In this document: piece after piece, positions 36,999-48,495 of the stretch
Layout: every line of letters starts with the position of its first letter
Position numbering within the stretch: position 1 is the first letter of the stretch
From: Takakia lepidozioides
Taxonomy: Eukaryota > Plantae > Bryophyta
Direction: 5' to 3'
Length of the DNA stretch: 64,000 nucleotides
Assembly: GCA_030704615.1 (NCBI GenBank)
Contig: CM060734.1
Span: 54,002,001-54,066,000 of the forward strand
Made by a program: the position numbers and the translations under genes
Notes under the pieces: model-generated
What the model saw: the letters and a program-made list of their open reading frames with translations, nothing else
Told to the model about the DNA's origin: nothing
The model's database searches: none

Positions 36999-39900
36999 AT
37001 GGGGTCGGGCAAGCCGAAGCGAAAGCGGAACGGCCCAAAAGATGATGATCCCGGTGAGCCCGATGGGGGCGACGTGTCACCGAGGCGGCCGTTTGAGGAA
37101 GCGATGAATGTTTCCGAAAACGAGGCCGCTCAGGAACGGGAGGAATCCGAGGAGTCGGAGCCCGAGGAATCCTTGAGAGCTCCGACAAACCAAGAGATGC
37201 CTCCCATGCCGGCAGCCTTTTGGGAAGGGTTGTTGGCGCAGTTTGGCGGGACGTTGAAAGACGTGTTGAAGGCGGCTAATGCCACTTCCACTAAGGCAAA
37301 GTTTAAGGTGAAGCCTAAGGAACCCGGCACCTTCGAGGGCGTTCGAAACCGGAAGGCACTCAACACCTGGCTCCTGGAGCTAGAGCAGTACTTCCGGGCG
37401 GCCAAGTTGAGTGACGAGGATCGGGTGGAAGTGGCTCCCACCTATTTGAGGGGCTATGCTCAACAATGGTGGCAGAAACGCCTTCACGACCGAGGCCCAA
37501 GCCCGGAAACCTTGAATTGGAGTGGGTTCAAGGAATTGATGAAGAGACAGTTTGTGCCCCTCAACGCATCCTGGCTTGCCCGGGACAAGATGAGGAATTT
37601 GAAGCAAACAGACGACATTCGGGGGTATGTCCAGGCTTTCAATGTGCTGTTGCTCGAAGTCGCGGACATGGCAGAACCAGAAATGGTCTTCAACTTTGTG
37701 GCAGGACTGGCCCCATGGGCTAGGCGGAAGTTGGAGGAGAAGCCACCCAAGACTTTGAACGAGGCAATTGAGAGAGCTGAATGTTTCTCGGATGTCCCTA
37801 GGGGTGAGAGACAAGGCCGTACGGAGCTGAACCACAAGAAGACCCGGCGGGAAGGTGACTCCTCCCGACCGGAAAAGAAGTGGGATAGGCCACGCGGCGA
37901 AAATGGCACGTGGAAATCGAAGGGAGGTCCTTCACACGTCAAGGCGGCACCCGGTGCTTCGAAAGGAAAAGCGGGTGGAGCGGCTTATGGCGGACAGAAG
38001 GCGACCTTTGATGGAGTGTGTTTCAATTGCGGGGAGCCCGGGCACATGGCCAAGAAGTGCACGAAACCCCGGCAATTGAACATGACTCGGGCGACCACGG
38101 AGCTGTCAGAAGATACCATCAGTCGCTTGGTGGAAGCGGTAGTCGCCAGGACTTGCAAGGTAGGCAACTATTCTTGTGAGTTGTATCAGGAAACTGGCGC
38201 CCTGCGAAAAGGGAGTCAATTATTGTTCGTGGATGGGATAATATCCGGAACTAACGTGTCGTTGTTGGTGGACACAGGAGCGTCGCACTCCTTCATGACG
38301 CCGGTGGCGGCGCGAAAGTTGGGACTCCCGACAAGTGACGTGGGGGCCTCTATTGAGGTGCGTTCTGCCAAAGGAGAACCTCAGTTGGCGACAAGGTTGG
38401 CGTTTGATGTTCCTCTTCAACTGGGGAGTTGGGAGGGACGTGAGAACTTCACTATCTGCGAGATCGATGGAGTGGATCTCATTTTAGGGATGACCTTTTT
38501 GAGCAAATCCGGAGCGGTCATAGATGGCCGCAAGAGAGTAGTCACGCTCCCATGTGGGAATGGTGACGAGGTTTTACGAGTGTCGGAAACGCCCAAATCC
38601 GTGGGAGGGCGAATAAACCTTCTGTCAGCAAAGGAGTGGGCCGTGGAGGAGGCACACGAGTCCCAGTTTTTGCTTTACATTAGAGAAGTGAAAGGAGAAG
38701 GCGATGGGGAGCCGAGCCCAGATTGGATCAAGGGGATTTTGGAGAAATACCAGGATGTGATGCCGGAGGACTTACCAAGCGGCTTGCCACCGCGAAGAGG
38801 AGTTGACCACAAGATTGAGGTGATACCGGGAGCGGGACCGCCTGCCAAGGCGCCCTACCGGTTGAGCCACAGAGAGTTGGTCGAGCTGAAGACGCAGCTC
38901 AAGGATCTAATGTCAAAGGGGTACATCCGGCCGAGTAAGTCACCTTACGGAGCCCCGGTGCTATTTGCAGACAAGAAGGATGGGACGCTGCGGATGTGTG
39001 TCGATTACAGGGCTCTGAATAAGGTGACTATCAAAAACCGGTACCCTTTGCCAAGGATCGACGACCTCTTCGATCGGTTGGCAGGAGCGAAGTATTTCAG
39101 CCGGATCGACTTGCGCTCCGGCTATCACCAAATTCGGGTGGCAGAAGGAGATGAGGAGAAGACCGCGTGCAGGACAAGGTATGGTTCATATGAGTTTTTG
39201 GTGATGCCTTTTGGGCTCACCAATGCACCAGCGACATTTAGCACGCTGATGAACAGCCTTTTCCAAGAGTGGTTGGATGACTTCGTGATCGTGTACATCG
39301 ACGACATCTTGGTGTACTCGAAAACAAAGGAGGAGCACCTGGAGCATCTCAAAAGGGTGTTCCAGAAATTGCGAGAAGGGAAGCTGTATGCCAAAGCTTC
39401 AAAGTGCGAATTCGGGGTCACAAAAGTGGAGTTCTTGGGGCATGTGATTACACAGGATGGGATCAAAATGGATGACAGAAAAGTGAGGGCGATCTTGGAC
39501 TGGGAGCCTCCGACTTCGGTCCCGGGAGTGCGATCCTTCCTAGGACTCGCCTCCTATTACCGGAAGTATGTGAGAAATTTCGCCAAGATCGCGGGGGCCG
39601 CTGTCGGACCTTCTGTGTAAATCCAAAGTCTGGGTATGGAACACATTTTGTGGCCAAGCTTTTGCTGAATTGAAGCAGCGGATGACGGAAGCTCCAGTCT
39701 TGAAAATCCCGGAGTTCGATCGTCCGTTTGAGATTCATACAGATGCATCGGACTTCGCAATTGGGGGTGTACTTATGCAAGATGGACGTCCAGTGGCTTA
39801 CGAAAGTAAGAAACTGAATGAAGTGGAGCGATGGTGGCCGACGCACGAAAAAGAGATGAAGGCGGTGGTGCATTGCCTTGAACTCTGGCGCCACTATGTT

Positions 39901-41560
39901 GGTTCCAACCCAGTGAAGGTGTTCACGGACAATGTCACGGTGAAGTATTTTGCCACGCAGCCCAAGTTGTCCCCAAAACAACTTAGGTGGCAAGATACTT
40001 TGGCAGTGTTCGACGTGGATATCCAGTACAAACCGGGACGGGACAATGTGGTGGCCGATGCTTTAAGTAGAAAGCAGCAGCTCTTGTTGGTGTACAAGGG
40101 CGAGACGGCGCTCCAAAGGAAGATCCGGAAGGCTTGCCGGAAGGATGAGCTGGCAAAGTGCGTGATGCAGGACTTGAGAATGGGGGTTAAATCGCAGTTC
40201 CACTTGCAAAACGGACTGCTCCGGTATAAGCAAAAACGTCTCTATGTGCCAAAGGGAGGGATCAGGGATAGTCTCTTGAGAGAATGCCATGATAGCCCGC
40301 TTGCGGGCCACGGTGGAGCCAAGCGCACTGCGGCACTCTTGAAGAAAGAGTATTTCTGGCCCAAACTGAGGGAGGAGGCAGAGGAGTATGTCAAGACATG
40401 CACCACATGCCAACAAAACCGGAGCGAGTACAAAAAGCAAGCGGGGCTGTTACAACCCTTGCCGATTCCAGAGGGGACTTGGGAAAGCGTCTCGATGGAT
40501 TTCATGACTGCTATGCCGCTGTCAAAAGGATTCGATGCAATCATGGTGGTGGTAGATAGGTTCAGTAAAATGGCCCATTTCATCCCCACCAAGGAGACGG
40601 CAACGGCGCAGGAGACAGGGCGACTTTACTTCGCCCACGTCTTAAAGCATCATGGAGTCCCGAAGGATATTGTCTCGGACCGCGATCCAAAGTTTACGAG
40701 TAAATTCTGGAGAGCACTTTGGAAGAAGATGGGGACGAGGCTGAAGATGAGCACCGCCTTCCGACCTACGACGGACGGCCAAACGGAAAGAGTGAATTCC
40801 GTAGTGAAGCAATTCTTGCGGAATTACGTGTCGGCAGACCAATCAGACTGGATGGAACACTTAGACGCGGCAGAGTTCTGTTATAATAACACAGAACACT
40901 CCGCGACGGGAGTTTCCCCTTTTGTGTTGGTCTATGGAAAAGCACCTCTGGTGCCGACAAGTTGGGCCGCCCAGGACGTTGAGGAACCGGCAGTAGCGGT
41001 GGTACTGGAAGAACGCGAGCGTTTGTTGAAGCTCGCAAAGTACAACATTGCCAAAGCTAGGAAACGGTATGAAAGGCAGGCGAATCGGAAGCGGAGGGAA
41101 GTGAAGTTTGAGGCAGGCACAGAGGTCTGGTTGAACATCAAGAATTTCCGACTACCTCCGGAAGTGAGTCCGAAGTTCGTACCTTCGTATGCGGGTCCCT
41201 TTCGCATTCGGAGGTTATGAATGAGGATGTGTATGAATTGGAGCTGCCGGCAAACAGCAAGGTGCACCCAGTATTCCATGTCTCCCTTTTGAAGCCTTAC
41301 TTCAAAGATGAAGCACGTCCGAATCGGCAGCAAGTGTTGGCCCGTCACCTATGCTGTTGGATCATGAAAATGAACCTGAGTACGAGGTGGAGGCAATACT
41401 TAAGTCAAGGACGTTCAAGAACCGAGAAACGGAGTATCTCGTCAAATGGAAGGGCTATCATCTTGTGGAGGCATCTTGGGTGCGTGCCTCAGAAATGGGA
41501 AACGCATCCGAGGCAGTTGCAGCGTTCGAAGGGCGACCTCAAAAGCGGAAGAAACGTTGA
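36999..41560 (+). CDS. Gag-Pol polyprotein (Gag, CCHC knuckle, protease, RT, RNase H, integrase, chromodomain), with about three frameshifts
   Basis: [31 protein letters not shown]...[28 protein letters not shown]...YLVKWKGY. Frameshifts near 39595, 41215 and 41345. Confidence 0.93.
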
Positions 41561-42465
41561 TGGGGACATCAACCTTGGAGCGTGGGGGAGGAAATGCATA
41601 CTTAGCCCGGTTTAGCTAGCTCAGGAATCCGATTGCAAAAACTTGTATTGTACAAAAATTTGTTATAAAGGAAATGGGTCCAAATATTATGCGTCCTATT
41701 GTGTTTGGAATGGTGATGCATGGTGTGGTTGGCTAGTGTGTAGAATGCATGCTAGCTTACAAAAGTGGGAGAGGTAAATTGGGTTAATCGTGTGTTTGCG
41801 CAGTGCCGAAATCGGGTGACTCCCATCCAAGGGGCAAGGAAACTTGCGCCTTATTTGGGAGTTCACGTGCTAGTGCGCACCTGGCGCGTGCGCGTACTAT
41901 AACTGCGCTACCGAGGGGGTTGCCTTGTAGTGCGGGCTAACGCGGAAGCTACGTGCTTCCGTTCACGTACTATAATCGTGTAGCCTCGGGACGAAGTCGT
42001 AGTGCGGCTTCGGCGTGTTCCCGTACCTCAGGCCAGCATTCCAAGGCGGACCCAATTGTAGTGATTGGGGCGCACGGTTGGTTCAAGATTATCTTCATAG
42101 TCAAAGAGGGTTCCAGGTGAACCCTTGCTCAAGGTGATGCCAAAAGCGGCATCATGAGCGATCGCAAGCAATGTTGTTGCAGTAAGGCGATTCGATCCTC
42201 GGGGAGGATCGTTCCTTGGCCTTGAAGTAGGCCAAGAAGAGTGCACTGGGAGGAGCTGGAGAGGCTCCACCCTTGGCCGGGACTTGGAGGAAGTCGGCCG
42301 AACTAGCTAGTGGAGAGTAGAGTCAAGTGTGGGGTTTGGTTCTTTGCCATGGGACGCCATGGTGCGGAAACAAACTCCTTGATGTGGGACGCCACAGCTT
42401 GGATGTTCGTTTCTACAAAATGGACAAGTCGATGAGGACATCGACTCCCTGTTGGTAGGGGTGTG

Positions 42466-43211
42466 TGTCGCGGCCCTTTGCCTTGAGGGCAGGGGGTCGG
42501 GACACATCAGGGGCTGCCCCTGTGGTGGGGGCAGCGGCAACGATAGGTATGGGGGGCTGAGGCACCCTTGAGTGCCCAAGGCACTCAGGGAAGCGGAGGC
42601 GCTCACTAGGTGGAGCCCCGCACACCGGGTTGCGGTGGGGGTGGCTCCACAAGCGGTGGGGGTGGCTCCACAAGGGGTGGTGGTAGCTTAGTGGGACTTA
42701 GTGGGGGTGGCATAGGACTCACCATGGGGGCGGAGACCTCGTGGTGGGAGTCGTGGGGAGTCTTGGGACTCATCACGGTCCATAGGGGCCGTGGTGAGCG
42801 GGCCAAGACTCACCGCGACTCACCACCGGGAGTCGAGGGTTTTCGTGGTGGTTCGCCATAAAATGGCATGGCTGGTTGTGGAACCCCCGCGGACAGCTAC
42901 AGAAGTATATATAGGGAGTAGTAACCCCGAGAACGGTGCAAGCCCGTTGGTGACCAAAAACTAGTGAATAAGCGAGGGAGCCGGAAAGCGACCAAAGAGT
43001 GGGGAGCTGTTCCGGACTGCCATCTACCAAAGGGAATTCTCCTAGTCCCAAATAGGTGGAGGGTTTAGAGGGAAGCGGAAGGGGACCGTTATGTCCCGGT
43101 GAGCAGCCGAAACTCCAAGTTGGCCCGGCGGCCAGGTTGGGAGTCAGGCGCGCGCATCAAAGCGAGTAACTATGACTTGAAGGGGAGTTTACCGAAGTGA
43201 GGTGTGCGACA
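42466..43211 (+). repeat. 3' LTR of chromovirus (PPT-like ggtaggggtgtg immediately upstream)
   Basis: Copy of the 5' LTR plus a 21-bp tandem duplication (gcggtgggggtggctccacaa). Confidence 0.95.
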
Positions 43212-44147
43212 GATACGGTATCCTCACCAATAATGAAGTGATTCCCAGGCTTTGATCCTAGCCCTTTCGAGGCTCGAGCAAAGTTGCAAAAGTGATAATA
43301 CCATATCTTTTGCACAGAATATCTTGTGCCTGCCATATTGCACCTCTCCCCATTTTCTTTGTGCGCACATTTGAGAACGATCCCTGATCTCTTACCTTTC
43401 CAACTATTATCTCATTCAGTGTTGCATCTGCATTATTGGAAAAGTGGCGTTCTTTACATGTAGGAGACTGAATCGTGTGGCAGTAGAGGTAGCATCAGCT
43501 GATTGGATGTGGAATGCAAGCCAGTTAGAATTTGTAAGTCTAAGAGGAACATGTCAGAAAACCAGTTATTTCCCTGCCTTGGCTTGCTGTTGCCACTCCC
43601 ATTGGATCCATTACCTTTGCTCACAGTTTTCCAACAATTTGAAAGGCAGATAGAAATGACAGTAAGGAGCCAAGGTTTTAGCAATATGTTGGGATGTCAC
43701 CAGTCAATGTGCAAGTCAGCAGCAGCTCTGATCTGCAATCAGCTCACAAGGAATTCAGTGATTGAAGAAGATGAAGACAGAAATAGGTGTCGAAAAAAAA
43801 TGTCTACACTTTTATGTGGTTTAATATCATGCACCCATCTGTGTGAAATCAAAGTTCAAATTTGTCATGCCGCATCAATCTAAGACATACTTTAATATAC
43901 ATCCAGGTGCAGACCTCCCCACTATGTGCGGGTAACGAGATTATCTTTTAGTTCATAGTCTTGAGATTGAACGGTCATTCTTCTTGCGCGAAACAATGAA
44001 ACACCGGATGTGTGTATGTAACACCATGCGGATGTCCTGGCCCTTTTTTGTGAAAATTGACCGTAGTTCTCAGAAGTTGTCGCTAGTAGTGCGGAGCATC
44101 GTGAAGCCCTAGCTATTGTTAATCATTACAATTATGTCAAGAGTCAT

Positions 44148-44317
44148 GGAGTAGCCTAGTGGTATGGAGGTACTCGTGGTGTGCAGGTGGTCTCGAGTTC
44201 AAATTTGCGCAGTGAAATACATGTATTTTTGAAGTTTTCAAAAAACTCGAGATTGCATGGTGATTTGAACCCACAATGGGTGTCGTGACAAGGCTAATCC
44301 TTACCACTACGCTACCC
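44148..44317. other. Two convergent degenerate tRNA-like (Pol III A/B box) sequences
   Basis: Plus strand: TAGCCTAGTGG...GAGTTCAAAT. Minus strand: TAGCGTAGTGGT...cctTGTCACga...GGTTCAAAT. Stems are poor. Confidence 0.45.
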
Positions 44318-44403
44318 TCTTAATCATGCTAACCCCCTACTGTAGACTTATATTTAAGGTATTGTTTATCCCCCTATGTATGTATAATGTTGTACATTGG
44401 GGG

Positions 44404-44579
44404 TGTCGTGCGCATACATATCGCTACACAACTACATCGCTGTCCAAAACCACACAACACATGTGCACACCACACACTAGTATACCACTAGTCTGCCACT
44501 AGTCCAACCACTAGGCTACAACTAGTCAGTCACTAGGCTGCCACTACGCTGCCCACTATGGCAGTCACTAGTCCACACA
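44404..44579 (-). repeat. LTR segment A (U3-proximal part), terminal copy
   Basis: Copy of 44913-45100 lacking one 12-bp CCACTAGT-type unit. Confidence 0.9.
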
Positions 44580-44583
44580 ATAG

Positions 44584-45100
44584 TGATAAAGAAGAAGAAT
44601 ACAAGCACAAGCTCATGCGAGCTCACAAAGCTGAAGCATAAACTCATGCATATATAACCTCATCACTCAAATACAAGTCAAGCCAAGTGCACCCCACGCC
44701 ATGGGGAATCCACACTACGGCGCCATAGCTAGGCGCGGTGAGGCTCAACTCGAGAAAGATGAGCCTCCCGCGCTTGCCGTGAAGATAACCACTCCAGGGC
44801 CTAAATCTGCCTTGACCCCTGGATTGACACTTGGGCCAATCCCAAATGTCAATATGTAAAAGCTAGCTATTTCCTAGCTAGTTTCACACTAGTGGTAAAA
44901 TAACTTGACAGCTGTCGTGCGCATACATATCGCTACACAACTACATCGCTGTCCAAAACCACACAACACATGTGCACACCACACACTAGTATACCACTAG
45001 TCTACCACTAGTCCAGCCACTAGTCCAACCACTAGGCTACAACTAGTCAGTCACTAGGCTGCCACTACGCTGCCCACTATGGCAGTCACTAGTCCACACA
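44584..45100 (-). repeat. Complete LTR (segment A 45100-44913, GC, segment B 44910-44584)
   Basis: On minus it starts TGTGTGG 2 nt after the purine tract AGGGGGGCG and ends TTTATCA. Segment B appears identical to 56431-56757. Confidence 0.85.
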
Positions 45101-45102
45101 AT

Positions 45103-45112
45103 CGCCCCCCTA
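45103..45112 (-). promoter_or_regulatory. Polypurine tract (PPT)
   Basis: TAGGGGGGCG, then AT, then the LTR TG. Confidence 0.7.
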
Positions 45113-45360
45113 GCTGGTGCTTAGGTCCCTCTAAGTCCAGGTAGCCACAAGATGTGATAGTGACCATAGCCTCACTAAGTCCTCCACCACTATCCCTACT
45201 ACACTCAAACTCGATAGATCAAGAGGCCGGGTGCAAGAGTTGCCCCATCGTTAGTCGCCGTCTTGCAACCTGTGAACTTGAGCTTGGGATCTCATGTATT
45301 GACTCCTATGAGCTTGGCCTCCCATGTCTTGTTAGCTGCCTCCAGTCATGTCCACTGCCA

Positions 45361-48300
45361 CTATCCCAAGCAGTGTGGACACAACCAATCTCCGTCAGGA
45401 ACCTTCTCAAGAGGTGGTGTCAAGCATCCCATATGCCAACCCCTTGAGCATCGATCACACACCAGCATGGTGGCTGCCCCTTTGGCAGACCCACAGAGCA
45501 TGCACCTCAAACCTGCAGGTACCACTGCCAAGTTTGGGTCAACTCTGCCATCGACATTGGGAAGGTGACATGGCGCACAATTACGCACATGGTCCTTCCA
45601 AGTCATGCCATCCCGACCCTCCAAGATCAGGACCCCTGAGGGCAACACCTCTCGAACCCTCAGAATAACACGCCCTGCAGTAACATCCAGAGTCGTAGGA
45701 GCAGTCTGCTGCAAATAAACATAGTCACCAGGGCTAAACCTCCGAACCCCAGGACGATATCCTCCACCACGTATAGTGGCATACCTCAACGTATCACGGT
45801 GCTGTGCAATGGCAAGGTTCTCAAAAGCCATGGGCATGACTTTCTTGAACAACTCTGCACGCTGATCACATGCACGTACCCACACGTCCGGATCGTCAAG
45901 GTTAAGGACTTGAGCAGTGTCCCTACGAATGGCTGCAGGCAAATCCGGCTCTCGGCCAAAGAGAAGGAAATATGGTGAGAAGGAGGCAAGTGATGCTTGT
46001 TTGCTGAACCTGTAGCCCATGGCTAACCAAGGAACCTGAAGATCCCAATCTCCTAGGTGTCCCTTCTGCAAGCCATACTTGCGCAAACCCCTCTTCACCG
46101 TCTGAACAACTCTCTCTGCTAAGCCATCGGCCTCAGGATGATCCCGAGAAGTGGTGCGGTGGTCTATCAAGGCTTTATCACACAAAGCCTGAAACTCCCC
46201 CAAGAACTCTCTCCCTTGGTCCGTGAGTACCTCAGCTGGAGCACCAAATCGGCTAAGCACACGATCCAAGAATGCATACGCAGCCCCCTCACTAGCCTTG
46301 TCAGGCAATGGAACCAACTCAATCCACTTGGAGAAGTGCTCCACCATCACCAACACATATCTGTGGTGGCGCATAGTCAGTGGCAACGGTCCTGCGAAGT
46401 CAAGACTCCACCTGTAGCCCAATCCCATGATAGGTAAAGGATGCAACTGTGGTGTAGGGGCGTTGAATGAAGCACGCACCCTGTCACACACCATGCACCT
46501 AGCCACAAACTGTTGCACCTCTGTATGCATACCACGCCACCAATACTGCCCCTGCAGTAAACTGTGAGTGCGTCGCACTCCAAAATGCCCCAACTCCTCA
46601 TGGGCATGCCGCACTAACCGTGCACGCTGTGTGGGGTGAGGCACAATCCTCACCCGACCACCCTCCCACACTCGAAGTAGGTGTATCCCCTCCCACTTGA
46701 ACCTCTTGGCTCGTTGCAGGATCCGATCCCTCTCCCTGGCAGTCACAATGGCTGCCGTGTCTCCCGTGCGGAGGTAGTCCAACACAGCCGAATCCTCATG
46801 TATATCTCTGGCACCACCTAGCTCATCACTAGCCTCAGGGTCCTCAGACACTCCGTCTACAGTCATCCCTGTTGTAGGTCCAATCTGACCTCCCGATGCC
46901 AAGATACACAAAAATGCAGATGCGTGCCATCCCGGCACCATCTCCTCGTCCGTCTCACCATGCCACCGAGCTCCAGTGTCATCCTGCTGGCTCATGCATG
47001 GATTGCGACTCAATCCATCCGCATCCCGATTGACCAAACCCGGTCGATGCACAACCTGAAAGTCATACTCCTGGAGTATAAGTGCCCACCGTGCAAGCTT
47101 CCCTGTAAGCTTGTCTGACTCCATCAACCACTTGAGTGGCTGGTGATCCGTGACAAGGGTGAAAAGATTGCCGTATAGATAGCACCTGAAGTGTGCCACG
47201 GCCCACACTGCAGCTAAGCACTCTCCCTCATATGAGCTGTACTTAGCCTCTGCAGCGTTGTTCGAGCGGCTAGCGTAAGCCACTACGAACTCTCTTCCCT
47301 CATCATCCACCTGTGTGAGCACCGCTCCAAGCCCCAGCATGCTCCAATCCGTATGCAGCTGAAAGGGACGCCCCCTGATAGGTCGTCTCAAGATAGGCGC
47401 CGAGGTCAACCTCGCCTTGAGCTCTTGAAAAGCTCGTTCCTGCTCATCTTCCCACTGCCACTCCTGGTCCACCTTGGTCAGCTTGGTTAGAGCCTTTGCA
47501 ATGGTACTAAATCCCTTGACAAACCGTCTATAATAGTTTGCCAACCCCATGAAAGCTCGAACTCGGCTCACATCCGTGGGGCGTGGAATTTGTGCAATGG
47601 CCTCTACCTTAGTCTGCTGTACCCCCAATCCTCCAGGATATATCATGTGACCCAGATACTCAATCTGGTTGTGGAAAAACTTGCACTTCCCCGGATGCAA
47701 CTTCAATCCGTGCGCTCTCAAGCGCTCCAATACCACCTGAAGGTGTCTCTCATGCTCCTCCATCGTAACACTAAAGATGATGATGTCATCTATGTAGCAC
47801 CGAGCAAAGTCCACCCCTGCTAGAATCCTATCCATGACTCTCTGAAACTCTGCAGGAGCATTCTTAAGCCCAAATGGTAAGAACCGCCACTGATATAGGC
47901 AATCCTTGCCGTGCTCATTGATCCCCCAGAATGCCGTCTTCTGCTTGTCCGCCTCCTTGATTGGCAACTGGTGATATCCGGATCGTAAATCCAAAGTGCT
48001 AAAGGCCTTAGCATGCCCGATGGCATCAAAGATCTCCTCTGGTGTTGGCATGGCATACTTATCGGACTTGGTCTGACGATTTACAGGCCGGTAATCACCG
48101 CACATACGTCTCTCCGTCCAATTGCCATAGACATCCTTCTTGGCTGGCATCACTGTGGCTGAAGCATACTCTCCACCAGAGAGCTCCACCAAACCTGCCT
48201 CCCAGAGATCTTGAGTCCTCATCTGAATCAAAGACCTCTCCATGTCACTGTATCTATAGGGTCTCCGAAAGATTGGCGTGTCAGTGGCCAACTCAATACG

Positions 48301-48495
48301 GATCTCTTGACCCTTCAGTGCTCCCAAGTCCTTCAAACTGAAGGCAAAGCAATTCCTGTAAGCCCTCAGGAACCGCCGTATACGTCGTCTCTCTCCTCCG
48401 GTGACAATGGGTCCAATGTCAGGCTCCCAATTGTCCTCCGTAACTACAACCTTAAGTCCAGTGGGCTTAGAGGTAGAGGACGCGTCCCGTGGTTG
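45361..48495 (-). CDS. Pol: RT, RNase H, integrase and C-terminal PHD finger; in frame with the upstream ORF after a single TAG
   Basis: [53 protein letters not shown]: CMLC..CDRC..WHMGC..WLCPHC (45504-45370). Open from 48495. Confidence 0.95.
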   Translation of the reverse strand, partial: QPRDASSTSKPTGLKVVVTEDNWEPDIGPIVTGGERRRIRRFLRAYRNCFAFSLKDLGALKGQEIRIELATDTPIFRRPYRYSDMERSLIQMRTQDLWEAGLVELSGGEYASATVMPAKKDVYGNWTERRMCGDYRPVNRQTKSDKYAMPTPEEIFDAIGHAKAFSTLDLRSGYHQLPIKEADKQKTAFWGINEHGKDCLYQWRFLPFGLKNAPAEFQRVMDRILAGVDFARCYIDDIIIFSVTMEEHERHLQVVLERLRAHGLKLHPGKCKFFHNQIEYLGHMIYPGGLGVQQTKVEAIAQIPRPTDVSRVRAFMGLANYYRRFVKGFSTIAKALTKLTKVDQEWQWEDEQERAFQELKARLTSAPILRRPIRGRPFQLHTDWSMLGLGAVLTQVDDEGREFVVAYASRSNNAAEAKYSSYEGECLAAVWAVAHFRCYLYGNLFTLVTDHQPLKWLMESDKLTGKLARWALILQEYDFQVVHRPGLVNRDADGLSRNPCMSQQDDTGARWHGETDEEMVPGWHASAFLCILASGGQIGPTTGMTVDGVSEDPEASDELGGARDIHEDSAVLDYLRTGDTAAIVTARERDRILQRAKRFKWEGIHLLRVWEGGRVRIVPHPTQRARLVRHAHEELGHFGVRRTHSLLQGQYWWRGMHTEVQQFVARCMVCDRVRASFNAPTPQLHPLPIMGLGYRWSLDFAGPLPLTMRHHRYVLVMVEHFSKWIELVPLPDKASEGAAYAFLDRVLSRFGAPAEVLTDQGREFLGEFQALCDKALIDHRTTSRDHPEADGLAERVVQTVKRGLRKYGLQKGHLGDWDLQVPWLAMGYRFSKQASLASFSPYFLLFGREPDLPAAIRRDTAQVLNLDDPDVWVRACDQRAELFKKVMPMAFENLAIAQHRDTLRYATIRGGGYRPGVRRFSPGDYVYLQQTAPTTLDVTAGRVILRVREVLPSGVLILEGRDGMTWKDHVRNCAPCHLPNVDGRVDPNLAVVPAGLRCMLCGSAKGAATMLVCDRCSRGWHMGCLTPPLEKVPDGDWLCPHCLG

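Larger units (their letters stand above)
36221..43211 (+). mobile_element. Full-length Ty3/Gypsy chromovirus LTR retrotransposon
   Basis: LTRs 36221-36943 and 42466-43211 (TGTCGC...GCGACA), 5-bp TSD GATAC, PBS, PPT, gag-pol with chromodomain. Confidence 0.97.

Noticed and set aside
44278-44287. GGGTGTCGTG identical to the element's left junction (44401-44410)
   Set aside because: Only 10 bp with no extension; cannot be told from chance.
44148-44317. Functional tRNA genes
   Set aside because: Only A/B boxes are recognisable; acceptor and anticodon stems do not pair well.
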